This document shows positions 48,831 to 60,821 of a stretch of 64,000 bases of DNA, piece by piece. Source of the stretch: Saprolegnia diclina VS20. Lineage: Eukaryota. The position numbers and the translations under genes were made by a program. The notes under the pieces are model-generated. The model saw only the letters and a list, made by a program, of their open reading frames with translations, was not told where the DNA came from and ran no database searches. The stretch is taken from assembly GCF_000281045.1 (NCBI RefSeq), contig NW_008246099.1, forward strand, positions 498,514 to 562,513, given 5' to 3'. Position 1 is the first letter of the stretch. Each line of letters starts with the position of its first letter.

Positions 48831-51800
48831 CTACTTGAGCAGCTGCCGCGCAAACGCGCCGCCTCCGAATGCCTCCTTGTAGCTCGGGTTGTGCAAGATG
48901 TCGTACGAGTGGCACCCGCTGAGCTGCAACGACGCCTTCGCCTCGGTGCTGCGGCGGGATATCGCAGCCGCGTACGCCGCCTTGAGCGACGGCTTGAGGC
49001 TCGCTGACCCCAAGCCGTCCGAGAGGACGTGCAGCGGAAGCGCGTCGAAGTAGTTTGGGAGGTGCCGCGGTGGCTTGGTCTCCTTGAGCATGCGCGTGCA
49101 CATGGGGAACACCGAGCGTAGCGCACCGCCGAGGTAATGAAACACAACGAGTCGTACAACCACAACAGCCACGCCGGCCACGGCCGCAGCAAAGAGCACC
49201 GCCGCAGGCATCGCGGTCGCACGGGTCACGACCTTGCCGCCCTTGTCAAGCACGGCGTTGAGATTGTAGCCTTGAAGCGTGAGCTCGGTGGCCGGCGATT
49301 GAAAGATGTTGGTGTTCGAGTACATCCAGATGCCAAAGAGCATATGCAGCAAGATCGCGTACGGTAGCATTGAGCCCACGACGGTCGCGATCCGGCCGTC
49401 GTACTGGGGCGGCGACCGCACGACGCGCAGGAATGCTATATCGTAAGCGTAAGTACCCAACCCACAAGGCTTGATCTTCGTACTAAACTTATCGGTCCAG
49501 TACGTGATAATGATGCTGAAGAGCCCGATGAGCAGCATGAGCGGCATGCCCGACGAAAACTAGCAAATCGCATCATCCAAGCCACGTATCGATAGACGTA
49601 CGAGGAGCGTAATGAAGATCGTGTTGATGATCTGAGAGTAGCGCGTCGCGAGGTCAAACTCGGGGCCGCGGTAGAGCGCCTCGAGGTCGCGCTGGGTCTC
49701 TTGCCGAGTTCGCGTAAAGTCGAACGTAAAGCTGCGGTCCCGCCACTGCGCAACCTGCCGAAGAAGGTACGTGACAAAGACGCCAATCTGCGGCGAGATG
49801 GCGTTGATGAGCATCGTCAGCAGCAGCGCGACGCCCACGTCGTTGTACCAGTCGACGCTAAAGTCGGCGTACTTGCCGTTCAAAAGCGACAAGCCGACAA
49901 AGTGAAACCCGGTATCCGACGTGGTCGAGATCTACGGTCGACCCTATAATGGACCAATCCTGTCCAGTATCGCCTACCCCGCTGAGGTTGGCGTTGAGGA
50001 AGAGCACGATGAGCGTCGTGTTGAAGAACTGGGCGAGGAAAATTTTGCGTACGGTCGAGACAATGACGGCCGAGAGCGTGTGGCTTTTTTGGAGCCGCAC
50101 CAGGTACTGCAGGACAGGTGTCAGGAGGGCGTTGACAAGGACGACAACGACGACGGACCCGACCATGAGCGCTTGGATCGTCAAGTACTCGCTGCCCCAC
50201 GTCTTGCAGTACTTGGCCGACGTCTGGGTCGTGGGGTTGTAAAACTCCAAGTCCATGGTTGCTGGTAACGACGCGGTGGCGAGAAGAGCGGCCTTGCAGT
50301 AGCACATGACCATGGCCATTGCGGGCGACGACGACGCGGTTTGCTCCTGGATGACGTCCCACTGCGTCACGTTAACGGGGCAGGCAAGTGGCGTCGCAAA
50401 CTTGGCCGTGAGCTCGTTCTTCTTGGTCTTTGCGAGGTAAATGATGAGAAAACTCAGCAGCAAGAGTGCGAGCGCCACAATGTTGACGCAGACCACGCGC
50501 AACATGCGCGCCGCCCACGAGTAGTCGAGGTTCTCCCAGATGATGTCGGTCGGGTCTGGTGCGGGCTCGATGCGCATGCGCTTCTTCATGAAGCGTTTGT
50601 GGTACGGCTGGAAGAGGCGGTGCAAAACGCCGAGACTCGGGTACTCGCGCAGACAGCGGAGGTAGCCCTCTTCGTCCTCGAACGTTATGTAGGCCGTGAC
50701 CGCGACGAGCCCTTTGCCTTTTTGCGCCGCCTCCCACTCGTCGAGCCACTTGTCATGCTTTTGCAGCTTCTCGTCCAAGGCGCGTGACGCTTTTAGGAGC
50801 TTCCCGAGCCGCTTCTCAAAGATGTGCGGCTTGAGCTTCTCCTGGAGCGCTTTGAACTTGGCGATGCGCTGGTTCTCGAGAAAGAGCTGCGCTGCCACCG
50901 TCCCTCGCTTGCGCATGACGTCGATTTGGACGGCGTTCGTCATGCCAAAGTGCACGTCGGCGACCTTGACTGGGATCGGGTTGTACACGGGCTCCTTGGC
51001 AGTGAGGACCGTCTCGAGGTGCGTCGCCAGCTATTTCAACCATAAGGAAACGATGTCAGATAGGAAGCGGACGCACGTCGACCCCGAGCTTGAGGACATC
51101 CGTGTGCTTTGGCAAGTGCAGCAGTTGCACCGTGTAATTCTGCACCGTTGTGCGCTCGTGCTCGATGCGTGCCATCGCATTTGCCTCTTGTCGCTTCATC
51201 CAGACCACCATGAGGAGGAAGACGGCGCACGCGATGACATCGAGGCCGACAGCCATCTTGAGAAACAGGGGGCGCTACGTAAAGGCGCCGGTTCGATCTG
51301 CACAAGTGATTTCTTCGGGTACCGTGATGGCGTCCCAGCCCATGATGCGAAACGCCCATGAGTTGGAAATGTCAATTTGGGTCGTAAAGCACTGCGCGAC
51401 GACGAGGAGCCCGCGCGTCGACGGCGACGGGCAGGTCGAAAAGTCGCCACCCGCCAAAAGTCCCGCGCTGCAAAAGACGCTCGAGTTGCCACCGGGCGGA
51501 CACGTCGTGTTCCACGAACTGTCGGCCTTCCAGAGATAGTCGCTCGACTCGGTGACGTTGATCGTGCACGAGGTTTGGCCGAGGCAGAGGCCTTGGACGA
51601 TCGACTGCGCCGAGGGGCCGCTGCAGCCAGCCACCGTTTGCACTTGCAGCGCCGAGAAGTTCGCGCTGCCATCCGCATTCTTCTCAAACGCGCAGCAAGG
51701 ACTGTTGACGGACGGGTAGTTGCCCGCGTAGCAGCCGTGGCCCGACGCCAAGCAGGTCGCGACGCCACTCACGTCCACGGGGCTCGCCTGGCACGCGCCT

Positions 51801-52720
51801 TGGTCGTTGGGCGCATACCGGGAAGGACACGCGCAAGTGCCTTGGTCGTCGTAGCTCGAGTACGACGCCTAGAAGATCAAGTTGATATTTTACTTGCGAA
51901 CGCAAATCGTACGACGAGGCTGCCAATTTCGCCGTAGTCGCACGTGAGCGTGAGGGCATCGCCGACCTTGGCGTGGCCGCACGTGGTGGTTTGCTGGCCG
52001 AGGTTGCCCATGCTCGTCATGCCGAGGACCGAGATCGGGTTTTTCTGGATCTTGAGCGTGACGGCGTCCATGTTGCTGCTGCCGCCGATGACAAAGATGG
52101 CCATCGCCGGCACGCTCAGAATGAACATGACGAGGAAGAGCCAGGCCATGACTTTCTATCGACATCGAAGTCAATGCCACGTAGCATGCAAACGTAATGC
52201 GTACGAGGAACTTGAAGTAGAGAGCAATGCCGAGGCCATACTTGCTCAGCACCATCGAGTCGGTCGGGAGCTTGTGGAACGAGTGCGCGCCAAAGTCCGT
52301 GCCGCAGACCGGGTACGTCACCGGCACCGGGTGGTTCATCTTGTCGACCAGTGTCGACGAGTAGCACATGGGGTGCGTGAGGCCGCGGTCGCGCCGGCAC
52401 TTTGCGAACGAAAGGTACTTGTAGTGCTTGGTGCCGCAGTCGGGTGGGTACCCGCCCAGCTGCGGGTCGCCCGTCGGAGACCCGAGGTTGGGCGCAAACC
52501 CGTCCGCGACCGACGGATCAATCTTTAGCGCGACCGCATCGGGCGGCACCTTCTCGGCACTTGTCTCGTCATCCAGCGGCACGTCGATGCGCAGCGCCTC
52601 GGACGGCGACGTGGGTAGCGCGAGATCGTCGTTGGCGATCACGTCAGCGACAACCTCGGCGAGGACTTGGGCGACAACTTCAGACGCCACAAGCTCCAGC
52701 GTGCTCTCGGCAGTCGCCAT
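48831..52720 (-). CDS. OSCA/CSC1/TMEM63-like (TMC/anoctamin superfamily) membrane protein with an extracellular SUEL-type lectin-like domain, multi-exon
   Basis: YGLGIALYFKFL, TSMGNLG, NYTVQLLHLP, AYITFED, EPAPDPTDIIWENL, WYNDVG, GPEFDLATRY, YWTDK; Cys-rich loop between TM segments. Confidence 0.8.
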
Positions 52721-53158
52721 GGTGACGGTTCCCGACTGGGAAGCGTTGCTGCAAATTTAGGGCGGCGGTTCCCGTCTGAAAACCGCCGGAGATATCGCAA
52801 TGCAGAAGAGCGTCCTACTGCGCACGCACTAGTGCATCTCTGTGGCCAGAGACGACGGAACAACGTATCCTGTAGAGCTGTCCTGCGTCTGTCGCGATGG
52901 TGGCTTGAGCTATGCAGCCGTCATTGACACACGTGCACCTCTGCGCGGACGGTCTCGCTGCTGTCAATGACGTCGCCGGCGCATCGATCCAATTGGTCAC
53001 GGTCATCGCGCGCCTCGAGCCCGACGCGCGCGCATTCGAAACTGTACGTCCCATGCTCCAACAGCAGCCAGCAGCGACGTAACACTGGAGAATTGCGATC
53101 ATCGTGCTTCACGCCTTTGCCTGGGATCGCCGATCAGCAGAGCCTTCTCCTGCCTCGG

Positions 53159-53265
53159 CCTCCAGCCACACCACTTCCTCCAGCCATCCAGCCATCTTCC
53201 TCCAGCCAAGCCTCCGCCTCCAGCCATACCTCTTCCTCCAGCCATGCATCCATCTTCCTCCGGCC
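53159..53265. repeat. Degenerate 18/22-bp minisatellite (core CCTCCAGCCA, ~5.5 units)
   Basis: TCCAGCCACACCACTTCC, TCCAGCCATCCAGCCATCTTCC, TCCAGCCAAGCCTCCGCC, TCCAGCCATACCTCTTCC, TCCAGCCATGCATCCATCTTCC. Confidence 0.8.
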
Positions 53266-53543
53266 TTGGATTGTCTGCGGACGTTGCGGGGGCAGAGATG
53301 CGACGCTCCGCCTGCCCGTTCTCTTTCCGCGCTGGCTTTCGGTTCCCGAGACTGGGCATGGGTTCGCTTTTATTTTTGTCATTAAATTGTCCAAATCAAT
53401 GCCAAGTCCAAGGATCCATACCTTTTTTCATAAAAACAAAAAAAATAGCGACGCGCGTCGCAATAAAAGAGACCCGTGTGTGGCAGCGCATACATTTTTG
53501 ACCAATCAAATGGCGCCGTGTCTGATTACCCACTCTCAGCCGC

Positions 53544-53560
53544 GTCATTTGCCAACTTGC
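53544..53560 (+). promoter_or_regulatory. Oomycete INR+FPR-like core promoter
   Basis: GTCATTTGCCAACTTGC ending 15 nt upstream of ATG 53575; CCAAT at ~53502. Confidence 0.55.
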
Positions 53561-53574
53561 GAGCAGGTATCATT

Positions 53575-53826
53575 ATGGTGGGGTTTGGCCGGAAGAAGTC
53601 GACGAGCAACGCGGGCAGCGACACGGCGCTGGACCGCAAGGGCAAGGTCGACGGCTCGAGCCTCCTCGACGGCAACGGTGACCCGACCGGCGGTGCGCTC
53701 TTTGGCGCCGAAGTCTTTGACAAGAAGGTCAAGCGCGAGTCCAACAACGACGACGACGACGTGGGCCAGGAAAACAAAAAGCCCAACAAGCGCTGGTTCC
53801 GCCTCCCAGGCCTCAAGCGCAAGTAA
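53575..53826 (+). CDS. Small charged hypothetical protein (83 aa)
   Basis: Strong C/G-ending codon bias, core-promoter motif directly upstream; MVGFGRKK...NKRWFRLPGLKRK. Confidence 0.65.
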   Translation: MVGFGRKKSTSNAGSDTALDRKGKVDGSSLLDGNGDPTGGALFGAEVFDKKVKRESNNDDDDVGQENKKPNKRWFRLPGLKRK

Positions 53827-54532
53827 GCGCACGGTATTTTATGTGGCGTCCCTTTATGTGCACAGATATCTGGTCTAATGCGATCAATATACCCCACGAT
53901 TCTGACTTGATATGACCTGCGCTGCCTCGATGATCGCCGCCACATCTGCAACATCACACATCTTGCTCGTTAGAGGCGCGGCGTGGCGCTGCGGACACCG
54001 CACGCCCGAAGCGCCACGACGACAGAAAGGCCACGTATGACCAGCTTGGGCCAATGCGACCTCTCGTCACCCAACGATACCAGCCATCAAGGAAGCCCGA
54101 CTCGTCAACTGCAACGTTGTGCATGCCCGACATTGCAGCACAGAGCGCCCTCGTCAACGTGCTCTGGAAGCTGCGTTCAACACCACGGGTTCAACACCCG
54201 AGCTACTGCCAGTTTCGTTACACGCCAGACGCACGCCATGACCTTTACGATGATACTGTAACTCCGCCACAGCTCTCCGCTGCTGAAATTGTTGCTCTGC
54301 CCACGCCGTCCACCTCGAGCTGCCGCCGACCGGGCGGCGAACGACGCCGAACACACCCACTCGCGGCCGCGTTATCAGACACGGTATCAGATGCCAAGCT
54401 ACTCGAGTGACAACCGCGCGACGACGCGACCGATCGCATACAGCGTCCACCCGAGTCGACTCGATGCAAGCGACGGAGAAGGAGAGAAATATATATTTGT
54501 AGCTTCTAGTGCCGTCGCCCAAGCCCTCGACC

Positions 54533-56963
54533 TTAGTGGATGTTTTGGTAGAGGCGGATCGTGTTGTCGGCGCCGCCGCTGGCGATCCAGGGCAGCGTCG
54601 GGTGGAAGGCGAGCGTCATGACGCCGAGGCCGCCCGTGACCTCGTGGCCGCGCAAGATCTTGAGCGGCACGATGAGCGGGTTCTTGATCAGGTCCGAGTA
54701 GACCATCGCGTGGAAGATGTGGATCGTGCCGTCGTCCGAGGCCGACGCCATGAGCGGGTACTTCTTGTGGAAGCCGACGGCGCGCGTCGCCTTCTCGTGG
54801 TACTTGAGCGTCTTGTACGGCGTCGACGAAAGGTCCAAGTCGAACCAGCAGAGGCGGCGATCGTAACTGCCCACGAGCACGTGGTCGCCCGTCGGGTGCA
54901 CATGCAGCGACGAGATCCACTTGACACCGCTCGAGAGCTTCTTGACCATCGCCTGCTGCACGAGGTTGTACACGCGGACGTGGGTCTGCGTCGCGAGGAA
55001 GAAGAAAGGCTTGGACGGGTGGAAGGCCACGGTTTGGATCGACCCGAGCTTCTTCGTGAACGGGTTCTGCGACGACCGCTTCGAGATCTGGTGGATGAGG
55101 ACAGAGGACGAATCCGCCGACGGCACGACCGTCGAGAGGTAGTCGCCCTTGTAGTGCCACGCCACGTCGGTGACGAGACCGCCGTGGTGCAGGACGACGC
55201 GGACACCGCGGCCGTGGCGCGCGCTGCTCGGGTGGAAGGTCCACTTGACCGGCATGCGCGCCTTGCGGGCCGCCGCGTCAATGTCTTCTTCGGTGGTGTC
55301 GACGACCGTCGTGTTCTCGTCGTCGTTGTCGGCCGCCTCGAACGCCTTCGTGCCCTCCATGTCGCCAAAGAGCGCGTTCGTGATGTCGGTCTCGTCGCCG
55401 TTGCCCGTGCCCGTCGCAATCAAAAGCATCTTCTTGGCCGCGACGACCGCCACCACGTGGTGGTCCTTGTTGGGGCACCACTCGACCTTGTGGACGACGG
55501 CGCCAATGCGCCACGTGTGGAGGCACCGACCGGTCTCGACTTCCCAAAGACGCACCGTGTGGTCTTCCGAGCCGGACACGAGGTACTGGCCCACAGGGTC
55601 CATCGAGATCGAGCGAATGCGGCCCGTGTGGCCGTTGAAAGCAAGCGCGAGCGTGTTGGGGAACGGACGGAGATCGCGGGGCTTGGGCAGCTGCGGCACG
55701 AGCGACTCCGGGTCGATGTTGAGCCGGCGCTTGTTGACGCGCGGGCACAGGTACAAGTCGAGGCAGCGCTCAAAGCGCTCGCGGACAAAGTTGGAGTAGC
55801 CGCTGACCTCGCGGAGACTGTTGAACTTTTGCGGGATAAAGTTGAGCTGGCGGTCGGACGGGTCCATCTCGAGCCACGCACGCTTCTCCTCTTCCGTAAA
55901 GAGGTACTCCTCGGGCGGGTTGTACGACTCGGCGTGGCCGGGCAGCACCATCTTGGGGGCCTGGACGTGCGCAGGGCCCTTGGTCACCGGCACCTCATCG
56001 TTCTCGAACCACATTTCGTACGCCTCGGGCTTCTTCTCGGGCGTCTGGTCGAGCTTGATGCGGCCTTCCTTGATACCCTTCATGATCTTGACGACCTTCA
56101 TCTTTTCCCACTTGGAGGGGAGGAAGCGCGCCTTGGGCTCCTGGTCGTTGCCGAGCGAGTGGATCATCTTCTCGGACGTAAAGTAGTCGACGTAGTCCTG
56201 GTGCTCGTTGAACTCGGGGTGCGCGAACGCACCGGCTTGGATGCGGCGGATAATCTCCATCTCGCGGTCCGAGATGACAACCTTGCGGTCGTTGTAGGCG
56301 TCATAGATGGTGCGGGCGTAGTTGGGGTCGTCCTTGGCCGCAATCGCATTGTCGATGCCGTCGCCCTGGTTCTGCTTGATGATCTTCTGGCCGTCGACCG
56401 TGTAACCAATGTGGTCGTAGTCCTCGTACCAACGGAGCGGCACGTTACCGATCGTGTTGTGCACCTCCTACGACGTTGCGTGAGCTTCTCCTTCTTGCTA
56501 CGAAGGTTGCAAGTACCTCGTCGTCCGACGAAAGATCGTCCATGTGCAAGTGCGATGCCACCTTCAACGAGCCGTCCTCACGCATGCGCTGGAGCATTTC
56601 CTCGCGCGACTCGACCTTCCGGCGCGTCTCGCGTTCGTCTTCCGATTCGTCGTCGTCCTCTTCAGCGTCATCGTCGTCGTCGGACGAAGAGCCTTGGTCT
56701 TCGAAGCCATCGTCATCTTCGTCCTCCTCGTCTTCATCGTCGTCGTCATCGCCCTCGTCGTCGCCATCCTCACTCTCTTCCTGGCTGCCTTCGTCCGTCG
56801 GCTCTTCCTCTTCCTCGTCGCTGCTGGGCGTCGCCGGCTTCTTCGGCGCGGGCTTCTTGGCAGCAGGCTTCTTGGCAGCAGGCGTCTTGGCGGCAGGCGT
56901 CTTGGCAGCAGGCGTCTTGGCGGCAGGGCGCTGCGGCGCGATCGCGGATCCTTTGCGGGCCAT
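54533..56963 (-). CDS. BOP1: Ribosome biogenesis protein BOP1/Erb1 (BOP1NT + WD40), 1 intron near 56468-56516
   Basis: DDLSSDDE, NTIGNVPLRWY, RFLPSKWE, LPGHAESYNPPEEYL, ERFERCLDLYLCPR, DLRPFP, NPLIVPLKILRGH. Confidence 0.95.
56836..56927 (-). repeat. 15-bp coding tandem repeat (PAAKT/PAAKK, ~6 units) in the BOP1 N-terminus
   Basis: GGCGTCTTGGCAGCA-type units repeated in frame. Confidence 0.85.
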
Positions 56964-57473
56964 CGCTTTGAGAACTTCAACAGACGATGATTCGATGGCG
57001 CTCGGTGAAACCACAGCTACCAACCAATAATAATCTTCCCAATTTGCCGCCGTTTGATTGGTCCGATCGCAAATGGACCGAGATGTTCCTTCATTACAAC
57101 GCACCCAGGTGCAGAAATATACTGCAGGGCAGTGCAGTGTCCGGATACGTTGCATATTCGCTATATCAGTACACTTGTACACTCCAACCGAGGACCTTTA
57201 CGCAATAAGTTTTAGAGGGAAAACAAACGGATACCACCTGATATTATGTCGCCAAGCGGCTCGGGGCCGATGCTTTGCGTACAGCGGGCTCCTTGACCCT
57301 CTCGTAGCAGAGACAATCGCTCGAAGTGGCTTGCTGCGTCAACGATGCAAGATCCCAGGACGCTTTATCTGTGCGAATTTCGAGTGCATCCGGAACGACC
57401 AGCACCCGATTCAGACAGCGCTGCTTTGAAGGAATTACTCGTCATCATTGGGATCCAGCAACTCAACAGCGCG

Positions 57474-58553
57474 ATGGAGAAGCGGAAGCAGCTCCTCGAC
57501 TCGCTGGACGCAGCCTTCGCGACGAAGAAGCCCAAGCTCACGCATGTCAAGCCACTCGCGCCTGGCGTGGTCCAGACGAGCAAGCCCAACCAAAAGGCCA
57601 ACCAGAAAGCCAATAACGCACTCGGTAGCCAGAAAAACAACCAGAAGAGCAACCAGAAGCCCAAGTCTGCACCCAGCAAACCGAATGCCAAGCAACAAGC
57701 ACCCAAGGCTATTGTGGATCCACTCTACGCGACTCTGACCGACGAGACCAAGCTGCGTCTGGCGCCAAGCGCGACGAAAGGGCGCCAAAACATCAAGCTT
57801 CTCGAGACGCAGCTCGCAGCGATGGCGCTCAAGAAGCCGTCGACGACCGAAGACTTTGTGGAGAAGATCAAGAGCAAAGCGCTGCAACTGCACAACCCGC
57901 ACAAGGCCAAGAAGCCACTTAATGCGGCGCTCCAGTCCATCCACGTACAGACATCGCTCTCGTCGTGCGCTACTGACATATCTCGATCCGTAGTTTCCCA
58001 AGCGCCTGAGCCAAGGGCAGCGTCGGGCCGCCGGCTACCATGTCGCCACGCCATCTCTTCCGTACGTTTCTCCATCGATTGTCGCTAAAGGAATACGCTT
58101 GTAGATATGCGTCGGCCTTGGAGCTGCATGACCTCTGGCTGCAATACATGGCCGACCTCATCGGCAACGAGGACCTGTAAGCACTTATTGTGTATTGTCG
58201 CCGCTGAACTACGCTCAATAGGTCGGCGATCCCGGCCAGCACGTCGTTTGCTACGTGTTCTTTTGGTGCCAAGCTCCGCAAGGCCGACTACAACGGCTGT
58301 CTCTTGAGAGGTAGTCGGCGATTCGATCCTTGCTGATCCCAACTTATATCTATTGACTCTAGTCGTGCGGTCGCGGAATCCGGGTCTTATCGGGCTTGAA
58401 GGCGTCGTCTTGGCCGAGCACAAGAACGTCTTTCAGCTCGTGACGGCGAAAGAAAAAGTTGTCCTCGTGCCCAAGGTCGGGTCGTCCTTTGCGTTCACAC
58501 TGGACACGAGCACGTTCCGCTTTGACGGCGATGACTTTGCGTTGCGGCAGTAG
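57474..58553 (+). CDS. POP4: RNase P/MRP subunit Rpp29/Pop4, multi-exon
   Basis: LELHDLWLQYMADL; AKLRKADYNGCLLR|VVRSRNPGLIGLEGVVLAEHKNVFQLVT..VPKVGSSF. Confidence 0.85.
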
Positions 58554-59325
58554 AAACAAATCAACTTTTTATCAACCTTGTGGAGCCGTAACTGAACGGG
58601 TTGACAACGCCGATACTACGGTCAATGTTCGGACGGCGACTCGAGTCACAGACCATACCATACCGCAGTGTTATTACAACTCCAGTCGACACGGGTCAGT
58701 TGTCTTCTTCGCAAGCGCGCGCGACGAGCAAACCAGTCGGCGTAGCGACCTCGTCGTTGCCAAATGTAGTTCGCAGCCCAAGATGAGCCCAGCGCTCGTC
58801 GGTCGCTGAACAACAGATCAGGTTGGCGCGCAACGAACCGGAACACAGCACAAGGCTTGCGGAATGGCGGGAAGCTGCGACCGAATCGCTCGCAATGGCG
58901 ACGTCGACCTAATCATGGCAGCACCATGCGGAAGAGAGCACCCATAGTACACGTAAGTACAACATCCTTGCCCGAGTACATGTAGGTCGCTTGGCTTTGG
59001 GCATCGGCGCCATGAAGTGATACGAGGTCGGTCATTTGAGAAAGGCCAAGGCTGGTGTCTTTTGACACTGGACCGAAATCGTTTGGCTTTGGAGAAGACT
59101 GCATTCGCCATGGAAGTTCTCCTTGGATCGGTATTGCGCAATCTCTGTCGTGGACTTTTCCCGCCAAAAATGACGCATCTTCCACCGTCGGGACGTTGCT
59201 GACCAAGCCGACGAGCGACCAAATCTGGTTGACGCCACCTGAGCGCAGATTTGTGGCAGCTCCGCAAAACACCAGATCTAGATAGTTCAGATGTAGATTT
59301 GTCTATAAAAAGTTACAGTAGGGAA

Positions 59326-60039
59326 TTAGTCCGACATGTCGGCGTCTTCGTCGTCGTTGTTGGCCGACGCCTTCGTCTTGCGCTCGGCGATGCGCGCGTA
59401 CTGGCCGTCCTTGGACCACCGCGAGAGCATCTGGACGTTGAAGGTGGCCATCTTCTTGTCAAAGTGGACGAGGAGCTTGGCCTGCTCGGGCGTGAGCGTC
59501 TGGCCTTCTTTGCAGATCGTGTGCGCGTTGTTGAGCGTGATGACGCTGCGCTTGAGGTCGACCGGGAGGCCGAGCGCACGGAGCGACTCGACCATCGAGC
59601 CAACAAACTGCGAGAGCGGGCCAGCGGGGATCGTGACCGTCTCGGTCGCGACAAAGCCCGACTTGGCGTAGTCCTCGACGCTGAGCTTGGCAAAGTACTC
59701 ACGGACTTCGTCGTCGCCCTTGTTGGTCATGAGAAGACCGACGCTGCCCGAGATGTCGTTCGAGAGCTTGAAGAGGTTCTCGGCGTACTCCTCTTCGGGC
59801 GACCGGCCGAGTGCGACCTTCATGACCTTGTTCTTGCCAAGGAAGAAGCGGCTGTCGGCAAAGTCGGCGCGCACCACCTTGAAGTGGTTCGTGCGCATGT
59901 TTTCAAACGAGAAGACGTAGATGGCGCTGTAGTCATCGACGGCCGACCGGATCGAGTCGACGACGCCCTTCTTGAGGTCCGCGCCCTTCTTGCTCGTCTG
60001 CGTAAGCGGCTTCGTTCGGACACGGCGGGACTTGGGCAT
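59326..60039 (-). CDS. MRTO4: mRNA turnover protein 4 / ribosome assembly factor Mrt4 (P0 paralogue)
   Basis: MPKSRR..LTQTSKKG, FENMRT, SRFFLGKNKVMKVALG, GSVGLLMTN, ICKEGQTLTPEQAKLL. Confidence 0.95.
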   Translation of the reverse strand: MPKSRRVRTKPLTQTSKKGADLKKGVVDSIRSAVDDYSAIYVFSFENMRTNHFKVVRADFADSRFFLGKNKVMKVALGRSPEEEYAENLFKLSNDISGSVGLLMTNKGDDEVREYFAKLSVEDYAKSGFVATETVTIPAGPLSQFVGSMVESLRALGLPVDLKRSVITLNNAHTICKEGQTLTPEQAKLLVHFDKKMATFNVQMLSRWSKDGQYARIAERKTKASANNDDEDADMSD

Positions 60040-60821
60040 GGTGGCTTTTGGAAAATGCTCTTTGGGCACGACTGGTATCTGCGCTTCCCACCAATCAATC
60101 TCCCAACCGCGCCATGCGAGCTCGAAGTTCGAAGTCCATCAGAACCCCAAGACGCCTTTGTCTAAACGCACGCATTTCCACCGCGTTGAAGTGCATCATA
60201 TCGAGAGATCTTACATTTCAGCTGTGGTCGTGGACTCTGTGCAGCAGCATAGGACGACTGAACCATGGTGCTCGAGCCCGAGATGAGAGTTTCGACAACA
60301 TTTTCCAGCCCATTCCTACTTGATGCAATGCGTTAGTTAGCATTAGATTGTCCACAGTACACAGCAACGGTGAAGTCACTCGACGGCTACAATATGTTGG
60401 AGCATCATTGTTGGCACGACGACCTGTGCTGCAACTGCTTGTAGTAGAGGTTACCATAATTGAAACGTGTCGGCGTTTTTGGGAATAACCCATCAGCTCG
60501 TGATCGTTTGCATTCACGCAGTGACGTGGCCTGCCGTCGGGCATCTCGACGGTATACGAAACATCCATCGATATACCTTAAGGAGGCCTCAATCGATTGC
60601 CATGAGCATACCTGGCCTTCATTCCCATGCATTGCCGCACAGCTTGCCGCGCAGAGCTGGACGGCCAAGGCAGCTAAAGGCGCGTGTGCATAGCCTTGCT
60701 GGTCGACCATCCGAAGTTCGAAGTCCACTGTCCGGTTGGTCCGGATACGTGTTGCTTGGTGCTCAAAGGCCGTTGGTTCAGTCATTTCCGGGCGCCTCCA
60801 TTTCCCGTCAGCAGCTTCATC

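Noticed and set aside
54509..56971. 820-aa plus-strand ORF, and similar long ORFs at 7010-8620, 18170-19498, 46896-48425 and 60405-61742
   Set aside because: Antisense shadows of GC-biased real genes (BOP1, ABCB1, S10 peptidase, P4-ATPase, eIF3h); no motifs of their own.
58560..59300. Possible snoRNA or small gene between POP4 and MRT4
   Set aside because: No paired C/D boxes with terminal stem or tRNA cloverleaf seen, and the ORFs lack motifs. An Infernal search would be needed to exclude it.
60040..60821. Yeast-type PAC/RRPE motifs in the Ribi cluster promoters
   Set aside because: Only one partial GATGAG match near 60280; expected by chance.
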